From contig JANXDI010000029.1 in the NCBI GenBank assembly GCA_025059595.1, positions 157,561 to 221,560 on the forward strand: a stretch of 64,000 nt of DNA, in the 5' to 3' direction. A model generated the notes under the pieces. That model was not told where the DNA came from and did no database searches. It saw only the letters and a list, made by a program, of their open reading frames with translations. This document shows, piece after piece, positions 18,224 to 27,094 of the stretch. Positions within the stretch are counted from its first letter, which is position 1. Every line of letters begins with the position of its first letter. A program made the position numbers and the translations under genes. This stretch comes from Candidatus Calditenuaceae archaeon (GTDB lineage: Archaea; Thermoproteota; Nitrososphaeria_A; Caldarchaeales; Calditenuaceae).

Positions 18224-19096
18224 ATGGTTAGGGCTGCTTTGCTGCTAAGGCCGAGGGAGCTGAAGGCTAGACGTGTGGATGAGCTTAAAGAGCTTCTTAA
18301 GAAGTTTAGTGTGGTAGCCATCGTAGACCTTTACCGCTCATCGGCCGACCTGATGCACCTCTTCAGGCACAATTTCAGGGGGCAGACAGTGATAAAGGCC
18401 GCCAAGAAGACTCTAATCATCAAGGCTGCACGGGAGGTCGGACGGACGGGAATCGCGGACTATTTAGAGAAACACAAGCAGCCGGTCGCGCTGATATTCA
18501 CGAACATGAACCCGTTCATTATTAAGCTGGAACTTGATAAGGCGCGGGTCCTGACTCCACCTAAGCCCAACGAGCATGCTGATATAGACGTGGTCGTTCC
18601 GCCTATCAATACAGGGTTACAGCCTGGCCCTATTCTCTCGGAGTTCGGCAAGCTTAAGATTCCGACAAGAATCGAGGGAGGCATGATTTGGATTGCCCGT
18701 GAGACGACTGTGGCTCGGAAAGGCGAGACGATACAGCCGGCCCTCGCCTCGCTTCTGTCCAAGCTCGACATAGGTGCGGTTTACAGAAGCATCAACATCT
18801 TGGCAGCTTTTGATAGAGACCTCCTAATACCCTCAGACCTCCTTAGCATCGATATCGAGGAAACGAGGAATATGCTTTCACAAGCACACTCAACTTCAAT
18901 CGCACTCGCAACAGCAGTAGGGTACACCACCCCCGAGACAATCATACCGATACTCGTCAAGGCCCATTTCTCGGCCGTGAGCCTCTCCACCTTCACAGGC
19001 TATCCAGAAAAGGATACGATAAGCGGGATATTGGCCCGCGCGGAGGCACAGGCTACAGCCTTGTCGAAGCTTATAGAGACTCGATCAGCCTCTTGA
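18224..19096 (+). CDS. rpl10: 50S ribosomal protein L10 (acidic ribosomal protein P0); appears to lack the conserved acidic C-terminal tail
   Basis: 'VVAIVDLYRSSADLMHLFRHNFRGQTVIKAAKKTLI' and 'IDVVVPPINTGLQPGPILSEFGKL' are P0 signature blocks. Only about 290 aa and ends …KLIETRSAS. The track's TTG at 18197 is less likely than ATG 18224. Confidence 0.8.
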   Translation: MVRAALLLRPRELKARRVDELKELLKKFSVVAIVDLYRSSADLMHLFRHNFRGQTVIKAAKKTLIIKAAREVGRTGIADYLEKHKQPVALIFTNMNPFIIKLELDKARVLTPPKPNEHADIDVVVPPINTGLQPGPILSEFGKLKIPTRIEGGMIWIARETTVARKGETIQPALASLLSKLDIGAVYRSINILAAFDRDLLIPSDLLSIDIEETRNMLSQAHSTSIALATAVGYTTPETIIPILVKAHFSAVSLSTFTGYPEKDTISGILARAEAQATALSKLIETRSAS

Positions 19097-21851
19097 AATC
19101 GTTGTATACAGACCTGACATCTTTGATTTCCAGCTCCATGATAACTACCTCCTCGTCCATGTAGCGTAGCTTCGGTGGGTGAAGCCTCTCAACCACTAGA
19201 GAGGGTGAGAGGCCCTGTTTTGAGAGCGGTCGGTTGATGCCGACGGCAGCCACTACTCCGGCGGCAGCTCTGCCGGTGATGAGTGCTGCGGCTGGTGCGT
19301 TGTGCTTCACCGCCTCTCTTGCGAGTGACGCGAAATAGGTGTCATCGACGACCGGCCGAAAGTCGAATATGAGGCGGATGTTCCTCACCGTCTCCTCTTT
19401 CTGGTAACTCTTTGAGTAGCTCCAAATCTTAGCGGCTAATTCGCTAAGAAGGCGTTCGACCTTCTCCAACCGCTGAGCTTGGTCTGCTGCAGGCCGCTCA
19501 AGCTCCTTCAGAATCGAGTTCTGGAACGCCTCTATCAGTCTGCTGTAGCCTAGCTTGAGCTGCCTTAACTCCTCCTCCTGCTTCTCAAGCCTCTCCTCGA
19601 GGCTGCTCAGCGTCTCGCTTACGTGTCTGCGGGCAGCGGGGCCCGCGGCATATATCAGTCTCACGACACCATCCTGTATTCTTTCAACTCTGATTATCTT
19701 GATGAAGCCGACCTCGGCTGTGTTTACGCAGTGTGTGCCGCCACAGGCCTCGGCATCCCAACCCTCAATTTCTACGACGCGCACTTCGCCAAGAGGGGCT
19801 TCTCCGCCTTGATAGAGTGTGAATCCGTATCTCTCCTCAGCTAAGCTCCTCGGAAGCCACTGCGTACTTACGGGTAGCCTCTTAGAGACTACTTCGTTCG
19901 CCTGCCTCTCAATCTCAGCCACCTCCGCCTTCGTGAGTGGCTTGTGGTGGCTTATATCGAGCCGCGCAAACTCTTCCTCCTTCCTCGCGCCCATCTGCCA
20001 GGCGTGTCTTCCTAAAACTCTTCTAGCAGTACCGATGAGAATATGAGTCGCTGTATGATGCCTCATTATGCTGAGGCGACGGCCGTAATCCACCTCACCC
20101 CAAACACGCTCTCCCACCGGAGGCTGAGTTCCCTCGACGAAATGGACTATGACACCATCAACAATCTGAGTATCGGTTACGCGGGTCTCTCCAGCCCTCC
20201 ACTTCAACACACCAGTGTCTCCGACCTGACCACCACCTTCGGGATAGAAGAACGTTTTATCCAGGACAACCATTCCTGACGCGGAGGCGAGGACGGTCGC
20301 CTCGAAGGCCCAGGCGTAGGGGTCGACGTAATAGAGCTTCTCGGTCCTCGGAAGGTCTGCAACTAATTTAGCCGCCGCATGAAGACGCTCTTCACTCTTC
20401 TCGCGAACTGCTTCCAAGTGACGACCAATCATTTTTTCATCGACCTCCTCGATGCTAGGCGCCTCCAGACCCATCTTCAGGGCGGTTGAAATTACCATGT
20501 CAGGAGTCAGCCCCCTCTCCTCATAGACCTTAGCTATGTATTCGGCGTCAATTACTCCCTTGGTCTTACGAATCTCGGAGAGCTCCCTCTCGAGCTGAGA
20601 AAGCCCACGGCTCACAGATTCGCTAAACTTGTTCAACTCAAACGACGTGAGCTCCAGAATCTCGTCCCTCGACTCCCTCAAACGCGGGAAGTCCCGCCCC
20701 CAATACTCAACTTGGAGGGCGACGAGCTCAGGCAGCGCCTGTTTCCGCCCGATTTGCTCTAGAATCCTTTGGACCCTCCTGATGAGGAGCCTCGCGAGGT
20801 AGCCTACCTTAGAGTTCGATGGGACGACACCGTCCGCGAGTATGAAGGCGATGGACTTTGTGTGGTCAAGGGCTTTGTAGATTTGCTCAAGCTTCTCTAG
20901 GCCGGGCAGCAGCTTCTCCATATTTATACCAGCGAGTGAAGCTGCCCTGAGCCGAGCTTCTCTGAGGGGGAGGCCTGCGGAGGGCTGAATCCACGCCGAA
21001 TACTGTGCGTATCTCGTGTAAAGTTCCTGTGGAGGCTCTGGAATGTCGAATATCCCCTCCAACTTCTGTAAAACGGGCCGATAGATTACCTCGAAGGCTG
21101 TGGGGGTGCCTTGTGAAAGCCAGCTATACCGCTCTATACCATAGCCCGTATCAACGGTCCGCACCGGAAGTTCCTCAAGCCTATCGTTGAGCGTCCTATA
21201 GTTCATGAAGACGAGCGTCGCAACCTCTAACCCGCTGTGTATCACCTCATAGCATGGGCCTGCATTTCCCCCTCCGGCCCAGACACCCTCCTTGAAGACT
21301 ATATCCTCCCTCTTTAGGCCCAACCTCTCCATAAACTCCACACAAAGCTCGGTGGTCCTGTCCTTCCAATACACCTCACGGCCGGGGAAGTTGAATGCGT
21401 GTGCGCCGCCCATCTCAAAGACGGTTAGGTGCCGCCCCAACGTTGGGCCCACTTTATCGATGTCAACCATCCTTATGCAGGGCTGGCTGATTACTAGAGG
21501 GTTGGCCGGTGGCTCAGTCGAGCCTGAAGTCACGTGTGGCTGAAAATCAACGATACTAGCGGAGACCAAGTAGAGGTCTTTTCTCCACCTAGGGACAACT
21601 GGATAAGGTGCTATTATCTTGTGGCCTTTGCCCTCGAAAAAATTCAGAAACTCACTCCTCATCTCAGGGACGGTGTATGACTTGCTCGTCGGCGGAGAAC
21701 CTATGAATGAGTAAGGCTCGCAGGGAGCCTCTCCACAAACCTCCCTCTCAGCAAGTGTCCAAAAGTATTTGCCGCAGGACTTACATCTTACGCGCCTATA
21801 TCCCAAGCTCTCGAAATATTCAATACGATAATGCTCCTCGCCGAACTCCAA
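19071..21851 (-). CDS. alaS: Alanyl-tRNA synthetase
   Basis: 926 aa. Archaeal AlaRS N-terminus 'YFESLGYRRVRCKSCGKYFWT'. Class II catalytic core. Editing domain 'HTATH'. C-terminal DHHA1-like region. Confidence 0.9.
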   Translation of the reverse strand: MEFGEEHYRIEYFESLGYRRVRCKSCGKYFWTLAEREVCGEAPCEPYSFIGSPPTSKSYTVPEMRSEFLNFFEGKGHKIIAPYPVVPRWRKDLYLVSASIVDFQPHVTSGSTEPPANPLVISQPCIRMVDIDKVGPTLGRHLTVFEMGGAHAFNFPGREVYWKDRTTELCVEFMERLGLKREDIVFKEGVWAGGGNAGPCYEVIHSGLEVATLVFMNYRTLNDRLEELPVRTVDTGYGIERYSWLSQGTPTAFEVIYRPVLQKLEGIFDIPEPPQELYTRYAQYSAWIQPSAGLPLREARLRAASLAGINMEKLLPGLEKLEQIYKALDHTKSIAFILADGVVPSNSKVGYLARLLIRRVQRILEQIGRKQALPELVALQVEYWGRDFPRLRESRDEILELTSFELNKFSESVSRGLSQLERELSEIRKTKGVIDAEYIAKVYEERGLTPDMVISTALKMGLEAPSIEEVDEKMIGRHLEAVREKSEERLHAAAKLVADLPRTEKLYYVDPYAWAFEATVLASASGMVVLDKTFFYPEGGGQVGDTGVLKWRAGETRVTDTQIVDGVIVHFVEGTQPPVGERVWGEVDYGRRLSIMRHHTATHILIGTARRVLGRHAWQMGARKEEEFARLDISHHKPLTKAEVAEIERQANEVVSKRLPVSTQWLPRSLAEERYGFTLYQGGEAPLGEVRVVEIEGWDAEACGGTHCVNTAEVGFIKIIRVERIQDGVVRLIYAAGPAARRHVSETLSSLEERLEKQEEELRQLKLGYSRLIEAFQNSILKELERPAADQAQRLEKVERLLSELAAKIWSYSKSYQKEETVRNIRLIFDFRPVVDDTYFASLAREAVKHNAPAAALITGRAAAGVVAAVGINRPLSKQGLSPSLVVERLHPPKLRYMDEEVVIMELEIKDVRSVYNDFKRLIESL

Positions 21852-21905
21852 TCCTCCATTCGGAAGAATACAACTATCTCCGCTATATAGTCATCCAGAG
21901 ACTCC

Positions 21906-22220
21906 CTAGCCGAAGAGGGCGCTGAGACCGGCCAGGGCCTCCTCCTCCCTCTTCTCCTCAGCCTCCTCTTTCTTAGCCTCTGCGGCTGGCTTCTGCTGAG
22001 GGGTCGGAGCCGGGGCTTGAGGCTGCGCCGCGACTGCAGGCGCGAAACTAGCGGACCTTATTGCCTCGTCTATGTTTACTCCTTGGAGGGCCGCGACAAG
22101 CGCCTTGACCCTCACCTCATCAACCGAGCCTCCAGCAGCCTTAATGACATTCGAGATGTTCTCCTCGTTTATCTCCTTCCCGAGCCGGTGAAGCAAGAGG
22201 GCCGCGTAAACGTATTCCAT
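21906..22220 (-). CDS. rpl12: 50S ribosomal protein L12 (P1 stalk protein)
   Basis: '[30 protein letters not shown]…' with an Ala/Pro hinge and acidic tail '…[22 protein letters not shown]'. Confidence 0.85.
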   Translation of the reverse strand: MEYVYAALLLHRLGKEINEENISNVIKAAGGSVDEVRVKALVAALQGVNIDEAIRSASFAPAVAAQPQAPAPTPQQKPAAEAKKEEAEEKREEEALAGLSALFG

Positions 22221-22334
22221 CTTCCTCCCCCGTTAAGGGGAGCCGCTCCAAATATTAAACTTGTCCCCTATCCCCCCAGCCTCGCCACCTCTCAGCATCA
22301 GCCCCACAACAACTTCCCCCAAATACTGTGAAGG

Positions 22335-22343
22335 ATTAAATGA
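22335..22343 (+). promoter_or_regulatory. TATA box (attaaatga) 23 nt upstream of ATG 22366
   Basis: Supports 22366 (MEKVEEV…) rather than 22261 as the start of the coiled-coil ORF. Confidence 0.3.
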
Positions 22344-22365
22344 GAGGAGAAGATGGATTTTGTGG

Positions 22366-22689
22366 ATGGAGAAGGTCGAGGAAGTTCTGAAGATGGTTGA
22401 GGAGCTGGAGGAGGGGTTGAAGACAGTCGAGGAGAAGATTGCTAAAGCTAGGTCGGATATGCAGAAGCAGGTTGACCAGTATATCGAGGAGATTAGGGTT
22501 CTTTATGCGAAGATCATGGAAGAGGAAAAGAGAGCAGTCTTGGAAGAGGCTGAAAAAAGTGCTCAGGAGGAGGCGGCGCGAATTCGAGGCGAGTATCTGC
22601 GCAGGGCCGAGGAAGTTAGGATGCGCTTCTCGTCGAGGTTGAACGAGCTTGCCGAATACCTCCTAAAGACACTTTTGCCTGAGGGGTGA
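22366..22689 (+). CDS. Small coiled-coil protein, possibly A-type ATPase subunit H (V-type G-like)
   Basis: 107 aa, almost all charged heptads (VEELEEGLKTVEEKIAKARSDMQKQVDQYIEE…). Lies directly upstream of, and in the same frame as, the subunit-C homologue. Confidence 0.35.
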   Translation: MEKVEEVLKMVEELEEGLKTVEEKIAKARSDMQKQVDQYIEEIRVLYAKIMEEEKRAVLEEAEKSAQEEAARIRGEYLRRAEEVRMRFSSRLNELAEYLLKTLLPEG

Positions 22690-23733
22690 GACAAAGCCCT
22701 GCAACCCTACACACTGGCGAAAATTTATGCCTGGCGAGGGTCGCTACTCTCGAAGACATTCATACAAGAACTAACCTCCTCGAGGAGCCTTACCGACTTC
22801 GTAGAAGCCCTTAAAGCAACCCCCTACTCCCACGAGGCACAGCAGATTACACCACCACTCAGCGCTCTGAAAATCGAGCACGCTTTGAGAAGGAGGCTTG
22901 TGAAGACACATCACAGGCTTATGACACTTGAGCACGGGGACCGAGTCTTGAGGGCCCTCTTTGACCGCTACATCAGCCGCGACTTTAAGATAATATTTCG
23001 CGGCATTCTTGCAGGACTGAAGGGTGAAGAGCTGAGCAGGCTTGTCGACCTTTACGCCGAGGAGCTACTTGGGCTGAGAGACGTTATTGCCCGGCTAATC
23101 GCGGCTGAGAGCCCTGATGATGCAGTTACCATCATCAGAGGTTACGCGACGGTCGACCCTTCAATTCCTATATTTGAAAAGACCCAGGACCCGGCAGCTT
23201 TGGAGGTTGAAATAGACAGATGGTTTATGCATGGCGTCCTAAGGGCTCTAAGGAGAGCACCCCGGACTCAGCGGCAAAATCTCAGAAGCCTGTTGGAGCC
23301 GATTTACTTGAAGTTTATTTTGACATCAGTTTTGAGGGGGAAGATTTGGAGGCTTCAGCCGCGGGATATTTGGGGAGTGGTGGAGGGGTTGGTTGAAGAG
23401 CCTCTTAAGTCGCTAATCTCCGTAGCAATCGAGGCAGACGATATTGAGAGTTTGAGGAGGGCGCTTTCTGTCATGCCTAAAGGAAGTCTGCCTCCACTCG
23501 GAGATGCTTCCACTCTGGCGAGCTTAGTAGCTTCCCTTGAGAGGGGGTTTAGGGAGATGCTTGTTTTTAGGGCCCGAAGAAGTTTTCTAAGACCTTTTGA
23601 CGAGCCGTCTCTCCCGATAGCCATGGTTCTTCTCCTCGAGGAGGAGGTAGCCCAGCTTGTCGCGGTTGCGGCAGGTATAGAACAGAAGGTTGACACAAAC
23701 ATTCTCATAGAAAGCTTGATTCCACTGACTTAG
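22690..23733 (+). CDS. atpC: A/V-type ATP synthase subunit C (V0 'd' family); conserved N-terminus lies upstream of the first ATG/GTG/TTG
   Basis: Frame 1 reads without a stop from the TGA at 22687. The N-terminal and following region (including RRRLVKTHHRLMTL) resembles archaeal AhaC; full translation in the matching finding. No canonical start occurs before TTG 22885. Confidence 0.6.
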   Translation, partial: DKALQPYTLAKIYAWRGSLLSKTFIQELTSSRSLTDFVEALKATPYSHEAQQITPPLSALKIEHALRRRLVKTHHRLMTLEHGDRVLRALFDRYISRDFKIIFRGILAGLKGEELSRLVDLYAEELLGLRDVIARLIAAESPDDAVTIIRGYATVDPSIPIFEKTQDPAALEVEIDRWFMHGVLRALRRAPRTQRQNLRSLLEPIYLKFILTSVLRGKIWRLQPRDIWGVVEGLVEEPLKSLISVAIEADDIESLRRALSVMPKGSLPPLGDASTLASLVASLERGFREMLVFRARRSFLRPFDEPSLPIAMVLLLEEEVAQLVAVAAGIEQKVDTNILIESLIPLT

Positions 23734-23735
23734 CC

Positions 23736-24014
23736 TCAATAGATTATGCTGAATTCCCTAAACTCACCACTATAATCCTCCTCATACACATCGACCTTCT
23801 CGACGCGAGCTGATGGAGGCCCTTCCCTCATCCACTCAATCATCATCCTAACAGCCTCCCCCCGCCCCTCAATCACGGCCTCAACCCTACCATCAGGCAG
23901 GTTTCTAACCCAGCCCTTGAGCCCAAGCGATTCCGCCATCCTCTTCGCGTTTTGCCTGTAGAAAACACCCTGAACCTTGCCAGAGACGTAGACCCGGACC
24001 CTCACATTCGGCAT
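23736..24014 (-). CDS. acyP: Acylphosphatase
   Basis: 92 aa. 'VYVSGKVQGVFYRQN…GWVRNLPDGRVE' is the AcyP signature. Confidence 0.85.
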   Translation of the reverse strand: MPNVRVRVYVSGKVQGVFYRQNAKRMAESLGLKGWVRNLPDGRVEAVIEGRGEAVRMMIEWMREGPPSARVEKVDVYEEDYSGEFREFSIIY

Positions 24015-24050
24015 ACCGATTTTCTCTTCTCTGACATGACTATATAATGG

Positions 24051-24779
24051 TTGGATGTTGATTACGTTAGAGTGTGGGCCTTCAGGGAGGCGGGTGATGG
24101 ACTATATGTCAGCGTATCTTACGATGAAGGCAGGTGGAGGATACTTCGGGAGAAGAGAGCCCAGGCTCTCAAAATGATGGAAGCGCTTCTCGGGGCTGGG
24201 ATAGATTCTATCACATATGGAAGCGTAGCGCGCGGCGATGTCCACCCCTTAAGCGACGTAGAGGTCTTTGTTCCAAGGCCCGTCAACACCGTCGTAGTGG
24301 AGGCGATTGTCGAGCGGGCCCACGGAGGGTGGGTGAGGAGGGAGGTTGTACAGGCAACACCCGGCTACGTCCCGAAAGGATACATCTACCTCGACGAATA
24401 TTCAACAGTCTCGTTCCCGCTCGTGGAAATGTTGAGAAGCGAGTCCATCTTCTACGACATAGCGGGAAAGCTCGACCTAAAGGGAGTGAAGGGGGGTGAA
24501 AGAGTCCCGGGTATGAACAAGGAGATGAAGGTAATAATCCCCACAGAGTACGGACACGCGGAGTTCCCGGCGGAGAAGGACCCAGAGCACGCCGCGAAAC
24601 TCCTCCGCATAGACCCGCAGGCCCTTAGAAGGCGAATCGAGGTTTTGAGGAGAAGGAGGCTCCACGGCAAGACGGGTGTCTTCGTGAAAGTGGTTTTGGG
24701 GGATAGCGAGAGCTTCTCAAACGTCCTTGAAAGGCTTATCGATGAAAATCCATGGTTGAGGAGGAGAGTTAGGGGTTGA
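24051..24779 (+). CDS. Nucleotidyltransferase (Pol-beta superfamily) domain protein with a C-terminal extension
   Basis: 'GSVARGDVHPLSDVEVFV' matches the minimal NTase hG[GS]…[DE]x[DE] motif. Stop overlaps the pelota start (ATGA). Confidence 0.4.
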   Translation: MDVDYVRVWAFREAGDGLYVSVSYDEGRWRILREKRAQALKMMEALLGAGIDSITYGSVARGDVHPLSDVEVFVPRPVNTVVVEAIVERAHGGWVRREVVQATPGYVPKGYIYLDEYSTVSFPLVEMLRSESIFYDIAGKLDLKGVKGGERVPGMNKEMKVIIPTEYGHAEFPAEKDPEHAAKLLRIDPQALRRRIEVLRRRRLHGKTGVFVKVVLGDSESFSNVLERLIDENPWLRRRVRG

Positions 24780-25840
24780 GGCTCCTCGCGTATGACAAGC
24801 AAAGGGGATGGGTCAGGGTGGCCGCGCTGAGTAGTGTGGACCTCCTTAACCTTTACCGCATCGTGACGGCCGGTGATATTGTTTTTCAGGAGACTAGTAG
24901 GGAGGTGAAGAAGGAGAGGGCCTCCGGCGCGGTTGACAGCGAAAGAGTGAGCCTTAAGATTGGAGTAGCGGTCGAGAAAAAGTCACTGGACCCCTTGATG
25001 AAGAGGGTCAGATTCCAGGGGAGGATAGTCTTCGCAGACAAGGACCTAGACATCTTGAAGAAATACCATACAATTCAGGCCGGTCGCGGCGACGTAATTG
25101 AAGTTGAGAGCCGCGAGAGGTTCCCGTATTTCCTAAAGCTGGGCGAAGTGGATTATCATGATGGAGTAAAGGAGATGCTTGTTATCTCGGCAGATGATGA
25201 GGAGCTGGCCGTTCTGAAGATAGAGAGTGAAGGTGTTAAGATGTTGAAGACGTGGAGGTTAGACGCCGCCTCTAAGCGTCAGGGCTATCAGACAAGTGTA
25301 GAGCGTGAGGAGGTTTTCGACGAGCTGGTCCAGCTACTTAAGGACCTCACATCTGACTCAAAGCCAAAACTTGTGCTTCTCGGAACATCCATCCACCTCG
25401 AGACGCTAGCCACGGAGATAAGGAGACGAGACATCGGAATACACGGCCTCATAGAAAGGAAGATTGCGACGAATATTGGTGGCATGGACGGTCTCCGAGA
25501 AGCATTAAGGCGAGGAGCTCTCGGAGAGGAGCTCAAGCCACTTGCCGACGCGATTCAAGTAGAAAACGCTTTGAGAGCCCTCCTAAAATATCCGGAACAT
25601 GTGAAGATAGGCTTGGACGAGGTGGCAAGAGCGTGTAGCAGTGCACGAGGGGGACTCGTGCTCGCCACAGAAGACTTTGTCTGGGAGAACATGGAGAATA
25701 GGCTTCTAGACGAGATAATGTCGAGAGCTGAGAAGGGCTTAATCAGATTCAGAATCATTCTGTCAAACACCGAGGCCTCAGACAAAATAAACTCTCTCGG
25801 CGGCATAATCTGTCTGGAAAAGAAAATTCTAGCGGAGTGA
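24776..25840 (+). CDS. pelA: mRNA surveillance / ribosome-rescue factor Pelota (Dom34 homologue)
   Basis: 354 aa. Pelota N-terminal 'VDLLNLYRIVTAGDIV'. eRF1-like domains 2-3 with no GGQ motif. Confidence 0.8.
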   Translation: MRLLAYDKQRGWVRVAALSSVDLLNLYRIVTAGDIVFQETSREVKKERASGAVDSERVSLKIGVAVEKKSLDPLMKRVRFQGRIVFADKDLDILKKYHTIQAGRGDVIEVESRERFPYFLKLGEVDYHDGVKEMLVISADDEELAVLKIESEGVKMLKTWRLDAASKRQGYQTSVEREEVFDELVQLLKDLTSDSKPKLVLLGTSIHLETLATEIRRRDIGIHGLIERKIATNIGGMDGLREALRRGALGEELKPLADAIQVENALRALLKYPEHVKIGLDEVARACSSARGGLVLATEDFVWENMENRLLDEIMSRAEKGLIRFRIILSNTEASDKINSLGGIICLEKKILAE

Positions 25841-25853
25841 TTAGAATACGAGC

Positions 25854-27020
25854 TTAATGCTGCCTAAGCTTCTCCATGGTCATGACCTTCACACCGGGCT
25901 TAAGTGTGAGGTTCTCTCCAAGCCTCGCGCCTATAAGGTAAACTTCGCTACCCGCTGAGGAGGCGATGTCTATCAACCTCTGAGTGACTACTCCGTCGAA
26001 AAGCACATACTTATACTCCCGCGAGTCGGAGAGTTGCTGGGCTAGCTCGCTCACCGGCTTACGCCAGAGCTCGTTGAAGTCGCTATCGAATGCAACCGCT
26101 ATTAGGGTCCCTTCTATCTGCTCCACGTGATGTGAGAGTTTCTCCGAGAAGTCTTGAGGTAAAGCCTCAACAACCTGAGCGGTCTCCGCCTTAGCCTTTC
26201 TCAGAGCCTCGCTCAGCGGCTGAGCCTCCCTCAACGCATCTTCAATCTCTTTGGCATTCAGCTCCTCAACCTCTTTACCGTAGGGTGCGCGTGCCACATA
26301 GTCTATCTTTATTGACTGTGCCATCTCTCGAAGAACCATATCGCCTCCCCTGTCTCCGTCAAGGAAGGCTATCACTCTCTTTTTCCTACTTAGAAGGTCT
26401 TGGAGGGTCTGCGGAATCTTTATGCCCCCGACAGCTATGACGTTTCTGTATCCGTGGCGCATGAGGTTGATTACATCTGCCCTCCCCTCCGAAACTATGA
26501 CCTCATCGGAGCTGAGCGCCTCGGGCCCAGCTTCAATCTTCTCGGGGCCAATCTCAACAACCTTCGCCTTAACCACAGACTCCTCAAGCTCCCTGAGAAT
26601 CTCGTCATCTTCTGGAATTTTCTTACGCTCCCACTCATAGAGAATAGCCCTCGCCCTCTCGACAATCCGCCGCCTCTTCTCTGCACGCAGGTCCTCAATC
26701 CTCTCTATTGTGACCTTTGCCACATACGGTCCAACTCTGTCGAGGGACTCTATCATAGCTGCCAGAAGTGCGGTGTAGAATCTGTCTAAGCCGCTGGGAA
26801 TTGAGATTTTTCCAATTGTCTTGTTCCCCTGAACCTGAAGGGAGACATCGATGCGACCTATTCTCCCCACCCTCTGTAGCTCCCTTAAGTCGAGTTCTGA
26901 GCTGAATATTCCCTCCGTTTGACCGAATGTCGCTCCGATTACGTCGTTTCGATCAACCACCCCTTCAACCTCGATTCTCGCCTCTATCACGTATTTCGTG
27001 GCAACGGCTTGTGAAGCCAT
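25854..27020 (-). CDS. dnaG: Archaeal DnaG-type primase (Toprim; exosome-associated)
   Basis: 'KYVIEARIEVEGVVDRNDVIGATFGQTEGIFSSELDLRELQ' is the archaeal DnaG N-terminus. Toprim 'AFLDGDRGGDMV'. Confidence 0.85.
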   Translation of the reverse strand: MASQAVATKYVIEARIEVEGVVDRNDVIGATFGQTEGIFSSELDLRELQRVGRIGRIDVSLQVQGNKTIGKISIPSGLDRFYTALLAAMIESLDRVGPYVAKVTIERIEDLRAEKRRRIVERARAILYEWERKKIPEDDEILRELEESVVKAKVVEIGPEKIEAGPEALSSDEVIVSEGRADVINLMRHGYRNVIAVGGIKIPQTLQDLLSRKKRVIAFLDGDRGGDMVLREMAQSIKIDYVARAPYGKEVEELNAKEIEDALREAQPLSEALRKAKAETAQVVEALPQDFSEKLSHHVEQIEGTLIAVAFDSDFNELWRKPVSELAQQLSDSREYKYVLFDGVVTQRLIDIASSAGSEVYLIGARLGENLTLKPGVKVMTMEKLRQH

Positions 27021-27094
27021 TAACTATTCACCCTAATTCCCACTTTCTCACGTATTCCCTGTGAAGTCGGTATTTAAATGATACCAAAGGAGTC

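Noticed and set aside
22261-22365. Pro/Ser-rich N-terminal extension (MSPIPPASPPLSISPTTTSP…) of the coiled-coil ORF
   Set aside because: The TATA box at 22335-22343 lies inside it. The coiled-coil protein starts naturally at ATG 22366.
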